From positions 32,001 to 96,000 of IMG/VR virus record IMGVR_UViG_3300049811_000692: a stretch of 64,000 nucleotides of DNA; one strand, written 5' to 3'. The DNA comes from a virus. The translations under genes and the position numbers were made by a program. The notes under the pieces were generated by a model. The model was not told the origin of the DNA, made no database searches, and saw only the letters and a program-made list of their open reading frames with translations. Shown one piece after another: positions 8,871-20,008 of the stretch (positions are counted from its first letter, which is position 1; every line of letters begins with the position of its first letter).

Positions 8871-11800
8871 GTGGACGGTCCTCCTCCCATCGTGCGCGGC
8901 GAGGGCGGCAAGAAGTCCGCCCCGGTCGTCACGCCGCCGCCCGTCGAGGCCCCGAACAGCCTGCGCGCGCGCTCGCGGATCCGGGCGCTCTTCGCGCTGA
9001 GCGAGGGGCCCATCGCCGGCTTTTCGAACGTGCTGCGCCAGATCTATCTCGACGGCGTCCCGCTGGTGGACGCGAACGGCAAGACGAACTTCGAGGGCGT
9101 GACGGTCGAGACCCGCAACGGGGACGCGACGCAGCCGCCCTTCAACGACTTCCCGGTGGCGGAAGACACCTTCGCGGTCAGCGTGAAGGTCGAGCAGGCC
9201 GCGACGCCGCCGGTCCGGACGCTCGACTGCACGGCCCGCGACCGCATCCGCGTCATCGTCCAGGTGAGCGCGCTCTACCTGATGGACGACAAGGGGAACA
9301 TCGGCACCAACCGCGTCGAGTGGGCGCTCGACTGGCGCATCGCCGGCGGCGGAGGCTGGGTCCAGCTTCACGCCGGCGCGATCGACGGCAAGTGCATGTC
9401 GCCCTACCAGCGCGCGGTCACGCTGCCGGTGCCCCACAACGGGATGATCGAGCTCCGGCTGAGGCGGGTGTCTCCGGACCCGGCCGACAGCAAGAACCAG
9501 AGCGAACTGTTCTGGGTCAGCTACGCCTCGATCCTCGACCAGAAGCTCACCTACCCCGGCACGGCGCTGGTCGCGATCGGCTTCGACGCGACGAACCAGG
9601 GCGGCACCATGCCGCAGGTCACCTTCGAGCCGGATGGCGGAATCCTGTGCGAGGTGCCGGTCAACTACAACCCAGCGACCAGGGTCTATACCGGCATGTG
9701 GGACGGGACCTTCAAGAAGGCCTGGACCGACAACCCCGCCTGGATCTTCTGGACGCTCGCGACCAACCCGGACTGGGGCGGTGGAGCGGCTCTCTCGGCG
9801 GGCCTGACGTCGCCGGCGGCGGCCTACTCCGCGGCCACCGGGCTGGTGGACAAGTGGGCCCTCTACACGATCGGCCAGTACTGCGACGAGTTGGTTCCGA
9901 ACGGCCTTGGCGGAACGGAACCGCGCTACCGGTTCAACGCCTGGATCGATCGCGCTGACGAGGCGTACCGGGTGCTGCAGGCCATCGCCGGCGTCTTCCG
10001 CGCGATGGTGTATTGGGGCCGCGGCCAGATCGTGCCCGTGGCGGACATGCCCCGGAACCCGGTCAAGCTGGTCAGCAAGGTCAACGTCATCAACGGCGCG
10101 TTCGAGTACTCCGTCGCCTCCCTGCGGGCGCGGCACTCGGTCGTGCGGGTCCGCTGGCGCGATCCCGCGCTCCAGTACCGCGAGAACGTCGCGGTGGTGG
10201 AGGACGCGGACATGATGGCCGAGATCGGCGTCCGGCCGATCGATTACGAGGCGCTCGGCTGCACCTCGCTCGCCCAGGCGATCCGCATGGGCAAGTGGGT
10301 GCTCTACACGGAGAAGTACGAGAGCGGGTTGCTGACCTACCGGGCCGCGCTCGACCACATCACGGTCGCGCCCGGCGAGGTGATTGCGGTCCAAGACGAG
10401 GACCGGGCCGGCGTCGCCTTCTCCGGGCGCTTGGCGCGCAGCCGCCTCTCTACGACCTACGTTCAGCTGGATCGCCCTGTGACCCTGGTTGGCGGCCAGA
10501 CCTACAGCCTGCGGATCGTGTACGAGGACGGGACGCTGAGCGCGCTCCTGCCCATCACCACGCCCGCCAGCACGACGGACACGCTGACCCTGGGGACGGC
10601 GCTGGCGCAGAATGTCCTGCCCGAGGCGGTGTGGATGATCTACGCCTCGAACATCGAGCCCGAGACCTATCAGGTCGTCCACATCGAGGAGCAGCAGGAC
10701 GGCTCCTTCGAGGTGTCGGCGCTGCGGCACCACGCCGGCAAGTTCAACTACATCGAGCTGGGCTGGGCGCTGCCGGGGCGCCCAGAGACGATGTACCCGA
10801 CGAACGTCGGGGCGATGAGCTCGCCGACCAACCTCGTCATCCGCGAGTACCTCACGGGCGTGGGCGGCACGCCGCTGGTGCGGGTGGTGTTCTCCTGGTC
10901 CTTCGTCACCGACCCGCGGGTGGTGGCCTTCGAGGCGCGCTGGATCAAGGGCGGGATCGTCTCGCCGGTGCAGACCGTCACCGAGACGAGCGTCGAGTTC
11001 GCGGACCTGGTGCCCGGCACCTACAGCTTCCAGGTGCGCGCGCTGGGCGGGGCCGGCAACGCCTCGGCGTGGGTGACGCTGGACAACCAGGCGGTGGACG
11101 GCCAGGCCGACCCACCGGCGCCGCCCAGCGCTCTGCAGCTCCTCTCCGGCATCCGTAACGTGCAGGTGAACTGGACCCGGCCGGCCGGGCTCTACACCCG
11201 CAACTTCGAGGTCTGGGCGGCGACGACCGGCTTCAACAACCTGGCGAACGACGCGACCACGAACATCGGCTCGGCGCCGGCGTTCGGGGCGTTCTCCAAG
11301 ATCGGGGACACGGACGGCACGAGCTTCGTCCACGCCGACCTGCTGCCGTCGCACGTCTGGTGGTACATGGTCCGGACGATCGACGTCTTCGGCCAGTGGA
11401 GCACCTTCGTCGGCCCGGCCGGCGTGCGGACCTCGCAGCTGGTGGCGGCGGACATCCGCGACGGCATCATCAACACCGCGAAGTTCGCCTCGAGCATCAG
11501 CCCCGTGGGGCTGGTGACGTCGGGCGGCGTTCCGGCGTCGAAGGCCGAGGACGTGATCTACCACACGCCCACGAACCGGCTGTACCGCTGGGACGTGGGC
11601 GCCGCGGCCTACGTGGCGGTGGTGCGGACGTCGGAGCTCGACGGCGCGCTGGCGGCGACGAACTTCCCGACCGGCCTGCGCCCCGTCGAGGTCGTATCCT
11701 CGCTCCCCTCGACGGGCAACTTCGAGGGCCGGGTGGTGATGCTGACCACCGACGACAAGCTCTACCGGCACAACGGGACGGCCTGGATCTCGACCGTGGC

Positions 11801-13868
11801 CGCAGCGGACGTGTCGGGGGCGCTGGCGGCCGGCAACTTCCCGAACAGCCTGCGCCCGGTCGAGGTGGTGGCGACGCTCCCGGCAAGCGGGAACTTCGCG
11901 GGGCGCATGGCGTTCCTGACGACGGACAACAAGCTGTACCGGCACAACGGGACGGCCTGGATCGCGTCGCTGGCGGCGACGGACCTGACCGGGTCCATCA
12001 CCTCCACCCAGATCACGGACGGGGCGATCTCGACGCCCAAGCTCGCCGCCGGCGCGGTGACGGCGAGCGAGCTCGCCGCGAACGCGGTGACGGCCAACAA
12101 GATCCTGGCGGGCGCCGTCTCGGCGGCCGCCATCGCGGCCGGCGCCATCTCGGCCAGCAAGCTGGTGGTCGGGGACACCTCGAACATCTTCCCCGACTTC
12201 GATGCGATCGATCCGGGCTTCTGGGCCGGGCCACACAGCTTCGTGGGGCAGACCAGCGCGGCCTTCGGACGCCAGGCGCTCGTCATCCCCTTCAACGCGA
12301 GCACGATCGCTAGCGACTCCGGCTACATCCAGGTCGAGCCCGGAGCCGAATACCGGGTGGAGATGGGGCTGGCCTGCGAGGTGGCCGGCGCCTTGGCGAC
12401 GGGCCAGGTGGTCTGGTTCTCCATGAATGGGTCTGGTGTGCTGACCTACCTCTCGGCGGACACCTTCGCGTCGAGCGACGTGACGGCCGCGGCCCGCTAC
12501 GGGGCCAACGTGGTGGCGCCGGCGACGGCCCGCCGGGCGGTGATCCGCCTGACCCGCTGGTCAGGGGGCACGGGCGGGGTGACCGGCGGCGGCGTGGTGA
12601 TGCGGCGTCGGGCGACGGGAAGCCTAATCGTGGACGGCGCGATCACGGCCGCGAAGATCGCGACCGACGCGGTCGAGGCGGCGAAGATCCAAGCCGATGC
12701 GGTGACGGCGACGAAGATCGCCGCGGGCGCGGTGACGGCCGACAAGATCGCAGCGAACTCCATCGTGGCGTCCAAGGTGATGATCGGGGACACCTCGAAC
12801 GTGTTCCCCGACTACGACTGCGAGGACAGCAGCTTTTGGACCGGCGACCACACCTTCGCGACCATGGGGATCGCCAGCTATGGGCGCCGCGAACTGCGCA
12901 TCCCGATGGGGGCGAGCGACACCCAGTCGTTGAGCGGCTACTTCATGGTGGAGCCCAGCACGTCCTACTGGATCGAGGGCGCGCTGCGCTGCGACACCGC
13001 GGGCGACACCGTCACCTTGGTGATCGAGTGGTACACGCTGACGGGCGGCGGCGTGCCCTCCTACAGCTCCGAGACCGTGATCGGGACGAGCACCTCGACC
13101 AGTTGGAGTAGGCCGGGCCTGGCGGTGACGTCAGGCTCCAGCATCCGGCGCGCACGCATCCGGTTCCGCCGCACGGCGGGCGGCACGTCCCAGGTGCGCT
13201 GCGGCGGCGTGATGATCCGCCGCCGGGCCATCGGCAACCTGATCGTGGACGGGTCGATCACGGCCGAGAAAATCGCGGCCAACGCCATCACGGCCAACGA
13301 GATTGCGGCCAACGCCATCACGGCGAGCGAGCTGGCGGCCGACTCGGTGGTCTTTGGGAAGGTGGCGGCGGGGGCGATCAAGAGCGCCCAGATCGCTACG
13401 GGCGAGATCCGAGCCACGCATATGGCGTCGGAGACGATCCTGACCCAGACGGGGCAGATCGCGGACCTGATCGTCGCGGAGGCGAAGATCCAGGGAGAGG
13501 CGGTCTCACACGTTTTTCAGGCAACGCAAATATTTGACCCGCCCTGGTATAACATCAGCTGGGCGCACATCCTTTCCGCCCGCTTTTACAGCAATAGTGC
13601 CAGAACAGGTCTCTTGGCTTGTTTTTACCGAGTTGGGAAAAACGGGTCGGCGAGCATCGGGCATTCCATCAATTGCTGGGTAACGCCCGATTCGGGCGGC
13701 GGCGGCATGGTCGCCGAGGCCGGGGGGGACATTTGGTTTGAAACGGCGGTGACGACGGGCTTTGTCTATGTGCCGCCGGGGTGGTTCACCTTGAACATCT
13801 ACGTTTCAAGTGGCGCGAACGCAGCATTTCACCGCGTCCACCCTGTCCTGTTTTTGAGGTCCCGATGA
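8871..13868 (+). CDS. lambda gpJ-like central tail fibre / host specificity protein
   Basis: 1665 aa; LSEGPIAG, WTDNPAW, DKWALY.IGQYCDELV, GCTS..QA.R.GKW, FN3-like segments, AITA.KIAA repeats. Confidence 0.92.
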   Translation: MDGPPPIVRGEGGKKSAPVVTPPPVEAPNSLRARSRIRALFALSEGPIAGFSNVLRQIYLDGVPLVDANGKTNFEGVTVETRNGDATQPPFNDFPVAEDTFAVSVKVEQAATPPVRTLDCTARDRIRVIVQVSALYLMDDKGNIGTNRVEWALDWRIAGGGGWVQLHAGAIDGKCMSPYQRAVTLPVPHNGMIELRLRRVSPDPADSKNQSELFWVSYASILDQKLTYPGTALVAIGFDATNQGGTMPQVTFEPDGGILCEVPVNYNPATRVYTGMWDGTFKKAWTDNPAWIFWTLATNPDWGGGAALSAGLTSPAAAYSAATGLVDKWALYTIGQYCDELVPNGLGGTEPRYRFNAWIDRADEAYRVLQAIAGVFRAMVYWGRGQIVPVADMPRNPVKLVSKVNVINGAFEYSVASLRARHSVVRVRWRDPALQYRENVAVVEDADMMAEIGVRPIDYEALGCTSLAQAIRMGKWVLYTEKYESGLLTYRAALDHITVAPGEVIAVQDEDRAGVAFSGRLARSRLSTTYVQLDRPVTLVGGQTYSLRIVYEDGTLSALLPITTPASTTDTLTLGTALAQNVLPEAVWMIYASNIEPETYQVVHIEEQQDGSFEVSALRHHAGKFNYIELGWALPGRPETMYPTNVGAMSSPTNLVIREYLTGVGGTPLVRVVFSWSFVTDPRVVAFEARWIKGGIVSPVQTVTETSVEFADLVPGTYSFQVRALGGAGNASAWVTLDNQAVDGQADPPAPPSALQLLSGIRNVQVNWTRPAGLYTRNFEVWAATTGFNNLANDATTNIGSAPAFGAFSKIGDTDGTSFVHADLLPSHVWWYMVRTIDVFGQWSTFVGPAGVRTSQLVAADIRDGIINTAKFASSISPVGLVTSGGVPASKAEDVIYHTPTNRLYRWDVGAAAYVAVVRTSELDGALAATNFPTGLRPVEVVSSLPSTGNFEGRVVMLTTDDKLYRHNGTAWISTVAAADVSGALAAGNFPNSLRPVEVVATLPASGNFAGRMAFLTTDNKLYRHNGTAWIASLAATDLTGSITSTQITDGAISTPKLAAGAVTASELAANAVTANKILAGAVSAAAIAAGAISASKLVVGDTSNIFPDFDAIDPGFWAGPHSFVGQTSAAFGRQALVIPFNASTIASDSGYIQVEPGAEYRVEMGLACEVAGALATGQVVWFSMNGSGVLTYLSADTFASSDVTAAARYGANVVAPATARRAVIRLTRWSGGTGGVTGGGVVMRRRATGSLIVDGAITAAKIATDAVEAAKIQADAVTATKIAAGAVTADKIAANSIVASKVMIGDTSNVFPDYDCEDSSFWTGDHTFATMGIASYGRRELRIPMGASDTQSLSGYFMVEPSTSYWIEGALRCDTAGDTVTLVIEWYTLTGGGVPSYSSETVIGTSTSTSWSRPGLAVTSGSSIRRARIRFRRTAGGTSQVRCGGVMIRRRAIGNLIVDGSITAEKIAANAITANEIAANAITASELAADSVVFGKVAAGAIKSAQIATGEIRATHMASETILTQTGQIADLIVAEAKIQGEAVSHVFQATQIFDPPWYNISWAHILSARFYSNSARTGLLACFYRVGKNGSASIGHSINCWVTPDSGGGGMVAEAGGDIWFETAVTTGFVYVPPGWFTLNIYVSSGANAAFHRVHPVLFLRSR

Positions 13869-14275
13869 AGGTATGGACGGCGTTTCCGGTGGGCGGGGGA
13901 TTGGCAAGGTGGAAAGCCTTTTCTCCCGTGGCGGACTGCCCCGACCCGGCACCGGAAGCTGGTGTGGAGCTGGTCGAGGGCGACTACCCGAGCGAGACGC
14001 ACTACCGCACAGCCGGCGGCGACATCCTCCCGCGCGGCGCCATCCTCGGCGCCCTTCCCCCAACGGTGGCGGCCGACGGGATCGAGGAGGTCGTCATGGC
14101 GGGCCTGCCGATGCCCTGCGAGCTCACCGTGGAGGACCCGAACAAGCAGATGACCCAGGCCACAGTCACCGGCGGCACGGTGACTCTCACCTTCGCGCTG
14201 GCCGGCACATGGACGATCTGGGTGGAGGCGCCGCCCGAGTACCAGACCTGGAAGGGGACGATCCTTGCGACTTGA
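13865..14275 (+). CDS. small tail-associated protein
   Basis: ATGA overlap with gpJ stop; 136 aa. Confidence 0.6.
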   Translation: MKVWTAFPVGGGLARWKAFSPVADCPDPAPEAGVELVEGDYPSETHYRTAGGDILPRGAILGALPPTVAADGIEEVVMAGLPMPCELTVEDPNKQMTQATVTGGTVTLTFALAGTWTIWVEAPPEYQTWKGTILAT

Positions 14276-14675
14276 TCTTGGCCCGGCCCTGGCGGCCGTG
14301 AAGGCTGAGGCGCTGGCGCGGGTGGACGCCGAGGCCGAAGAGGCCCGCCGGGCCTGGATCACGCTCGGGGCCGGGCAGGCCATGGAGTACATGGCCACCG
14401 AGGCCGACGCGCGGGCCTACCAAGCGGCGCGCGCGGCCAGCGCCCCGGCAGATCCCATCGGGTCATGGCCCTGGCTCGAAGCGGAGCAGGCGGCGCGGGG
14501 CGGCGCGATGCCGCTTGGCGATATCGCCGACGAGGTGGTCGCGAACGCGAATGGGTGGACGGCGGCGGGCGCCGCCATCAAGGCGCTCCGGCGCGGCCGC
14601 AAGCTGCAGATCGAGTCCGCCGCGACCATCACGGCCGTGCGCGCGGCATTCCCGATCCCCTGGCCGGCGCCTTGA
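14265..14675 (+). CDS. putative tail fibre assembly-type protein
   Basis: TTG start; VDAEAE.AR...GQAMEY...EARAY...WPWL.AE pattern typical of fibre-adjacent small proteins. Confidence 0.6.
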   Translation: MRLDLGPALAAVKAEALARVDAEAEEARRAWITLGAGQAMEYMATEADARAYQAARAASAPADPIGSWPWLEAEQAARGGAMPLGDIADEVVANANGWTAAGAAIKALRRGRKLQIESAATITAVRAAFPIPWPAP

Positions 14676-14733
14676 GCCTTGCGTGGCGCTCAAAGGGGTC
14701 GCCACACATGAGGTGCAGCAGGAGAGTGGCCGC

Positions 14734-15081
14734 ATGGGAAAAATGCATCCGCAGGACCGAGAGCGGGCGCGCTACGTGCTGTCGCAGTCGTTCTCGACGC
14801 CGAGCACCAAGAGCAACGCCCAGGTGATGGAGGGGACGCTCTGGTTCTTCGTTGCGGGAACCTTCGCTGGGGAGATCAGCGTCGAGGGGTCGCTGGACGG
14901 AGGCGTGACCTGGGCTCCGGTCCTTGCTGACAGCGCGGGGTCGCGTCTGGCGCTTTCCGAAACCGGAATGCTGTCCATTCCTTCCCCGGAAGCGGCAACC
15001 CTCATGCGCCTTGGAACAAGCGCCTCCTTCTCAGGAACCGCGCTCGCGCGCCTGTCCGGGGGGTGGGCGCCGGCGCCATGA
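14734..15081 (+). CDS. hypothetical virion protein
   Basis: GGAG SD; GTF.G.ISVEGSLDGGVTW beta-sandwich-like motif. Confidence 0.55.
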   Translation: MGKMHPQDRERARYVLSQSFSTPSTKSNAQVMEGTLWFFVAGTFAGEISVEGSLDGGVTWAPVLADSAGSRLALSETGMLSIPSPEAATLMRLGTSASFSGTALARLSGGWAPAP

Positions 15082-17051
15082 GCGCAACGATGGGCCGGGC
15101 CTTTACGGGTGTCACTCCTGGTGTCCTGCAGTGGCAGAACCGCGCCCTGCCCTTGCCGCCCCAGGCGTTCGATCGCCGGGCGGGCGATCCTGAATACCAA
15201 GGACAACAGGCGGCGCTCTCCAAGTGGATCGCCGCGCTCGATGGCGACTACCGCCACGGCCATCTGCCGCGCGGCCTGTACCGCCTGAGCGGCGCCGAGC
15301 AGATCACGAAGGTCGTTGGAAACGCCATCAGCATCCAGGGCGACGGCCGCGGCCGGTCGATCATCTGGGCCGACGACACCTTCACGGGCGTCATGCTGCA
15401 TTTCGAGGACATCTGGTGGGCCAGCGACCAATCGCGCGCCCCGTCCGGCGTGGTCCCCAGCCCTGGCCAGTACGCGGCCAACAACTGGTCCTACCAGCTC
15501 AATCAGGCGTGGCAGGGGCGCCTCGCGCTCCGGGATTTCTCCCTGGTCGGGAGCATCGTGAACCGCGCAACGGGCGCCATTGCCGCGCCGCGCCAGCACG
15601 GGATCCAGTTCACGGATCGAATCGACCACGCGCAACTCATCGGCCTTGACCTCCTCAACATGGCCGGCAGCGGCATCCGGCAGGTGACAGGCCCCGGCTT
15701 GGGCGCGGCCGGCCTTCGTGAGTGCCAGGTCGAGCGGTTGATGTTCCGGCACTGCGGGTGGGGGCAGGAGTTCCCGGCCTTCGACCTCAATTTCACCGGC
15801 ACCGGCGGCAGCCAGGGTAATTACTACCGCATCAGGGGTAGCGAATGGGCCAACTGCCACGGGACGCACATCCGCATCAGAAACGAAGGCAACGGGAGCG
15901 CTGGCGCGACGCGCATCATTGATTTTCTGGACCTCACGTCGCATGGCGAAAGTAGCTGGAACCCCGCGGGGGCCGGATACGACGCCTCGATCCCGTTGCC
16001 GGGCGGCTCCCGCTGGCACCTGATCGACATACTGGGCCACGTCGATACTGTCCATTTTCGCGGCGTGAGAACAACACACTCCCTTGACGGGCACTTCATC
16101 TATCATATCGGCGCCGTCAACGGAAAAACGCCATTTGAAATCTTCATCACCGAGTCCTTCAATGAAGGAGCCGGAACAAATCTACTATGGGTCGAGCACG
16201 GCTACGAAATCGTCGCGGATTTCTACGAAACAGCGGGCGGCCTAATTCGCGTCGGGAGCGGCGTAACGGGGGCCGTTACTCTTCGCGGCCCAGCCCACGA
16301 TAAGTTGAACGTCGATATCGCGGAGCCGGTTAGGCACCTAGTCTCCATGGCGGGGTCGAGCCCGCGCACGAACCTCCCGCTCCGCGTCGCGCATGTGGAT
16401 AGTCGCCACGCGAGGAGCGAGGGGTCCGCCTTGACCATCGGCCGCGCCAGCGTCCTGCAATACGCCAGAACCCTCGGCACGGGTGCGACAACCAACTTCG
16501 CGTTCACGGACGATTCACTCGTAGGCCAGAACGTGATCGCCGGCACACAAGCGGGCGAAGCCATCCGGCTTGAGGCCGGCACGATGGCGCTCATCGCCTA
16601 CCATGTGCTCGCCATCGGGGTGACGACCATCCGGGCAGAGTGGCGAGGCGTGGTGCTCGCGCACCGCCTCACCAACGCGGCCAGCCTGACGATCATCGGC
16701 GGCGCCGGCGCGTCGATCCCACCCGACACATCGGATACGGCTCCCGGGGCCTCTGCCCGCCTCGCCATCGCGGCGGACACGGTTCAGGGTGGGGTGCAGT
16801 TCACCGCGACGCAGGCGTCCACCATCAACTGGCACCTTCGGGCCGAGGTAATCACGATCGGTCAGGTGGTGGCGGGCAACCTGGGCGTTGCCCAGGCGCT
16901 CCTTGAGCAGGCCGCCGCCGGCCCGATTGCCGAGCTGGCCACGTCCCGCGTGCGCGGCTTCTTCGCGGATGACGCGGCTGCGGGCGCGGCGGGCGTGACC
17001 AGCGGCCAGCGCTTCATCCTCGCTACAGGCAAGCTCGCGGTGAAGACATGA
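15078..17051 (+). CDS. tailspike-like beta-helix (pectate-lyase-like) protein
   Basis: LPRGLYRL...ISIQGDGRGRSII start typical of right-handed beta-helix; lower-GC central part. Confidence 0.65.
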   Translation: MSATMGRAFTGVTPGVLQWQNRALPLPPQAFDRRAGDPEYQGQQAALSKWIAALDGDYRHGHLPRGLYRLSGAEQITKVVGNAISIQGDGRGRSIIWADDTFTGVMLHFEDIWWASDQSRAPSGVVPSPGQYAANNWSYQLNQAWQGRLALRDFSLVGSIVNRATGAIAAPRQHGIQFTDRIDHAQLIGLDLLNMAGSGIRQVTGPGLGAAGLRECQVERLMFRHCGWGQEFPAFDLNFTGTGGSQGNYYRIRGSEWANCHGTHIRIRNEGNGSAGATRIIDFLDLTSHGESSWNPAGAGYDASIPLPGGSRWHLIDILGHVDTVHFRGVRTTHSLDGHFIYHIGAVNGKTPFEIFITESFNEGAGTNLLWVEHGYEIVADFYETAGGLIRVGSGVTGAVTLRGPAHDKLNVDIAEPVRHLVSMAGSSPRTNLPLRVAHVDSRHARSEGSALTIGRASVLQYARTLGTGATTNFAFTDDSLVGQNVIAGTQAGEAIRLEAGTMALIAYHVLAIGVTTIRAEWRGVVLAHRLTNAASLTIIGGAGASIPPDTSDTAPGASARLAIAADTVQGGVQFTATQASTINWHLRAEVITIGQVVAGNLGVAQALLEQAAAGPIAELATSRVRGFFADDAAAGAAGVTSGQRFILATGKLAVKT

Positions 17052-18975
17052 TGGCGCTCACCCCCGTTACGCCGGCCGGCGTTCGCCGCACCCCGAACCT
17101 CGGCAGCTTCTACTCGCTTCCCAGCGGGGCGGGCCCCCGTATTCTGTCGCCGACCGATTGGATTGACCTCATCATCTGCTGGGGACAGTCCAACATGGGG
17201 AACGGCGGGTGGCCGGGGAACCCAAACAGCGACCTGGCCTTTGAGCCCTACCCGGGACGGCTGCTCTGCCTCGATAGAAGCGAGCTTCACGCCGTCCAGG
17301 GAGACGAAGGGTCGAACTTCCTGGACCCCGCCGAAATCCTGGCGTTCCGCTCTCTCCTTGATCGTGCCGGCGAGCCGATCTTCCAGAGCATGGCGATCGC
17401 CGTGGCCTACGCCGACATCTGCGAGGCGCGTCGCCAGCCGTGGCCGGCGACCGTGATCCTCACCGTGACGCAGCCCGGGACCGCCCTCAATCACCACCTC
17501 CCAGCCTCGATCCCGGGGAGCAACGCGGACGGGGTGCGGAACTCCACAAACCTCCTCAACGGGGTCCGCGCGGTGGTGAACCTCGCCGCGAAGCATGGCA
17601 TGCGCGTTCGCGCGCGCTCGATCGGCTCGCGGGGCGAGGGGCGCGTGCAGGCGCCCATCCTCTTGGCCGACTACGGCGCCACTCTTTCCGCCTACGGCGC
17701 GTGGCAGGATGCCGAGGTGCGGGCGATCACGCGACAGCCGAACCCGCTGCGGATCGGCATACTGCAGACCGGCCAGCCGCGGAGCAGCGCGGCCGTCGCG
17801 GATGTCGCATCCGTGATGCAGCAGCAGGCCGCCCTTGTGCGGGCAGAACCCGCTAGGTGGTTCATGATGGCGCCGCTCTATGCCTCGACCCTGCGCGGCT
17901 CCGCGGCCAACTCCCACCCGGCGCCGGCGGGCCGGAAAATGGGCGCGGCGGCCGCCGGCGTGGCGCTTGCCGTAGAGGCCGCCGGCGGCACCTGGAATGA
18001 CCTCTCGATCGACGCCATCCGGCCGGTCAGCTCCACCGTCCTGCGCGCCTTCGTCCGCTTCCCGCCGGGCGTCACGCCCACCCTCGCGCTCGACACCACC
18101 TGGCAGGCGGCGAGGCGGGGCTGCCGACCCTCATCCGGCACTACCTCCGGGCCGAGGGAATCGACCTCGCGCAGCGCACGACGCCGATCGAGCAGCAGAT
18201 GGCTCCGGCGCTCGACGCCGAAATCCTTGCCGACCCCGAGCTATCCTTCTGGGTCCGCGCGGACGCGGCGAATGTGGTGGAGACGGTGGGGCCGGTCGTG
18301 CACCAGTGGCGCGACCGCCGGCCGGGCAATGCGGTCGTGTTCACCCAGGCGGCCGCCGGGCGCCGAGGCGCGCCCGTCATCTCCTTGGTAGGCACCGAGC
18401 GCGCCGTGCGCTGCGTCTCAGCCACCAGCCACAGGTGGGATGAGGTCACCCCGACCGACACGCGGCAGCCCTTCACGTTCGCGCTCCTCGCCCGCGTCGC
18501 GTCCAACGTGCTCACGACCACGTTCTTGCTGGGCAAGGCGACCGTGGGTGGGAGCTCGCAAGACACCACCGGCATCGTCATCCACGACTCGAGCGGCGTC
18601 CCGACGCTGCGGCTTCGGCATGGTAGCGGCTCGGCCGGCACCGTCGCCGATTTCGCACCCTTCACGCGGAACGAATGGAGCCTCATCGTCTTCTCGGGTG
18701 ATGGCTCGGGCGGCATGCGGATGCGCTACAACGGCCGCCCGTGCTGCGCGCTGCGCCCGACCGCGTGGGATTTGACCGCGACCATCCCGGCCAGCACGCC
18801 CTTCTCGCTCGGATCGCAGAGCGTCTCGGCCAACGCCTTCTCGGCAGACGCCGACATCGCGGCCGTCATGGGCTGGCGCGGGACGGACCTTCTTCGCCCC
18901 GCTGGACTCGCGAAGGTGCGGCGCCTGGAGGCGTATTTCGCCCGGGTCTATGGGGTGCCGATCAAGAGCTTGTAG
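17048..18975 (+). pseudogene. SGNH/acetylesterase-like protein and LamG-like protein joined across a frame break near 18110
   Basis: GQSN motif and S-H-P near the end of ORF 17048; sense codon usage moves to the -1 frame at ~18105-18125 (FWVRAD...QWRDR, LamG-like). Confidence 0.5.
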
Positions 18976-19076
18976 GCGAGCCGCACCTTCGCCATGAGCC
19001 TTGCGCACCGAAAGATGTGGCCGCCACACCGATAGGGGCGGGCATCACGCCTGCATGACATGCATGGAGGCGCCCC

Positions 19077-19514
19077 GTGGCCAACCTGACCGACTGGACC
19101 GAGAACAACTTCCTCGACTTCCTTCTTCGCGGGCAGGCCTGGACCTTGCCGGCGGATCTGCACATCGGGCTCTTCACCGTGGCGCCGACGGACGCGGGCG
19201 GCGGCACCGAAGTCACCGGCGGGTCCTACGCGCGCGTGGCCATCACGCGGTCGCTGGCGAACTGGGCGGGCACGCAGTCGGCCGGCAGCACCACCGCCTC
19301 GACCGGCACCGGCGGCCAGACCTCGAACAACGGCACCGTGACCTTCGCGGCCCCCACGGCGAACTGGGGCACCGTCGTCGCGATCGGCGTCTTCACGGCT
19401 TCGTCCGGCGGCAACCTCGTCTTCTGGGCGCCGCTCGGCACGTCGAAGACCATCAACAGCGGCGACCAGGCCCCGGTCATCTCGGCGGGTCAGCTCACGC
19501 TCACCATCGCGTAA
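19077..19514 (+). CDS. conserved phage virion/tail protein
   Basis: GGAGG SD, GTG start; LFT.AP.DAGGGTEVTGGSYAR.A...NWGTV...GGNL motif. Confidence 0.75.
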   Translation: MANLTDWTENNFLDFLLRGQAWTLPADLHIGLFTVAPTDAGGGTEVTGGSYARVAITRSLANWAGTQSAGSTTASTGTGGQTSNNGTVTFAAPTANWGTVVAIGVFTASSGGNLVFWAPLGTSKTINSGDQAPVISAGQLTLTIA

Positions 19515-19524
19515 GGCGCGCGCC

Positions 19525-20007
19525 ATGGAATGGGCTGCTCTTCCAGAGCCGAAGCGCCAGGCGCTTCTGGCCCGCCTCGCGGAGCCCGACGTGGCGGGAC
19601 TTCCCGAGTGGGCCGCGGCGGCGGCGTTGAACGCGCCCGACGCAGGGTTGCCGACGGCGCGCGTGCATGTCGCCACCAGCGACGTCTATGGGCACTTGCT
19701 GACGACCGGCGAGTGGCCACCGATCATCATGGCGGCCGAGGCGGGGGGCGGCGCACAGGAAGCGGTTCGGGGGCTCTGCATCCTGGTTCGCGACACCCTG
19801 CAGATGACCTCCCAGCTCGAGACGGGGAAGCCAGAGCGGTACGCGGCGGTGGTGCAGGTGCTTGCCGGCCTCAAGGCAGCGAGCCTCATTTCGGCCAGCA
19901 CAGAGACGGCGCTGCTGGCGCTGGCGGAGGCGCCCCAGTCCTGGGCGCAGGCGAACGGCATCGTCGTGACCGACCAGCTGGTGGGCGCGGCTCGGGGAGG
20001 CATCTGA
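19525..20007 (+). CDS. hypothetical protein
   Basis: 160-aa ORF packed in the late operon. Confidence 0.6.
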   Translation: MEWAALPEPKRQALLARLAEPDVAGLPEWAAAAALNAPDAGLPTARVHVATSDVYGHLLTTGEWPPIIMAAEAGGGAQEAVRGLCILVRDTLQMTSQLETGKPERYAAVVQVLAGLKAASLISASTETALLALAEAPQSWAQANGIVVTDQLVGAARGGI

Positions 20008-20008
20008 C

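Noticed and set aside
7995-12236. Long antisense and alternate-frame ORFs (also 28327-30636, 36634-38565, 3039-4577 and others)
   Set aside because: Arg/Gly/Pro-rich shadows of real genes, expected at this GC content.
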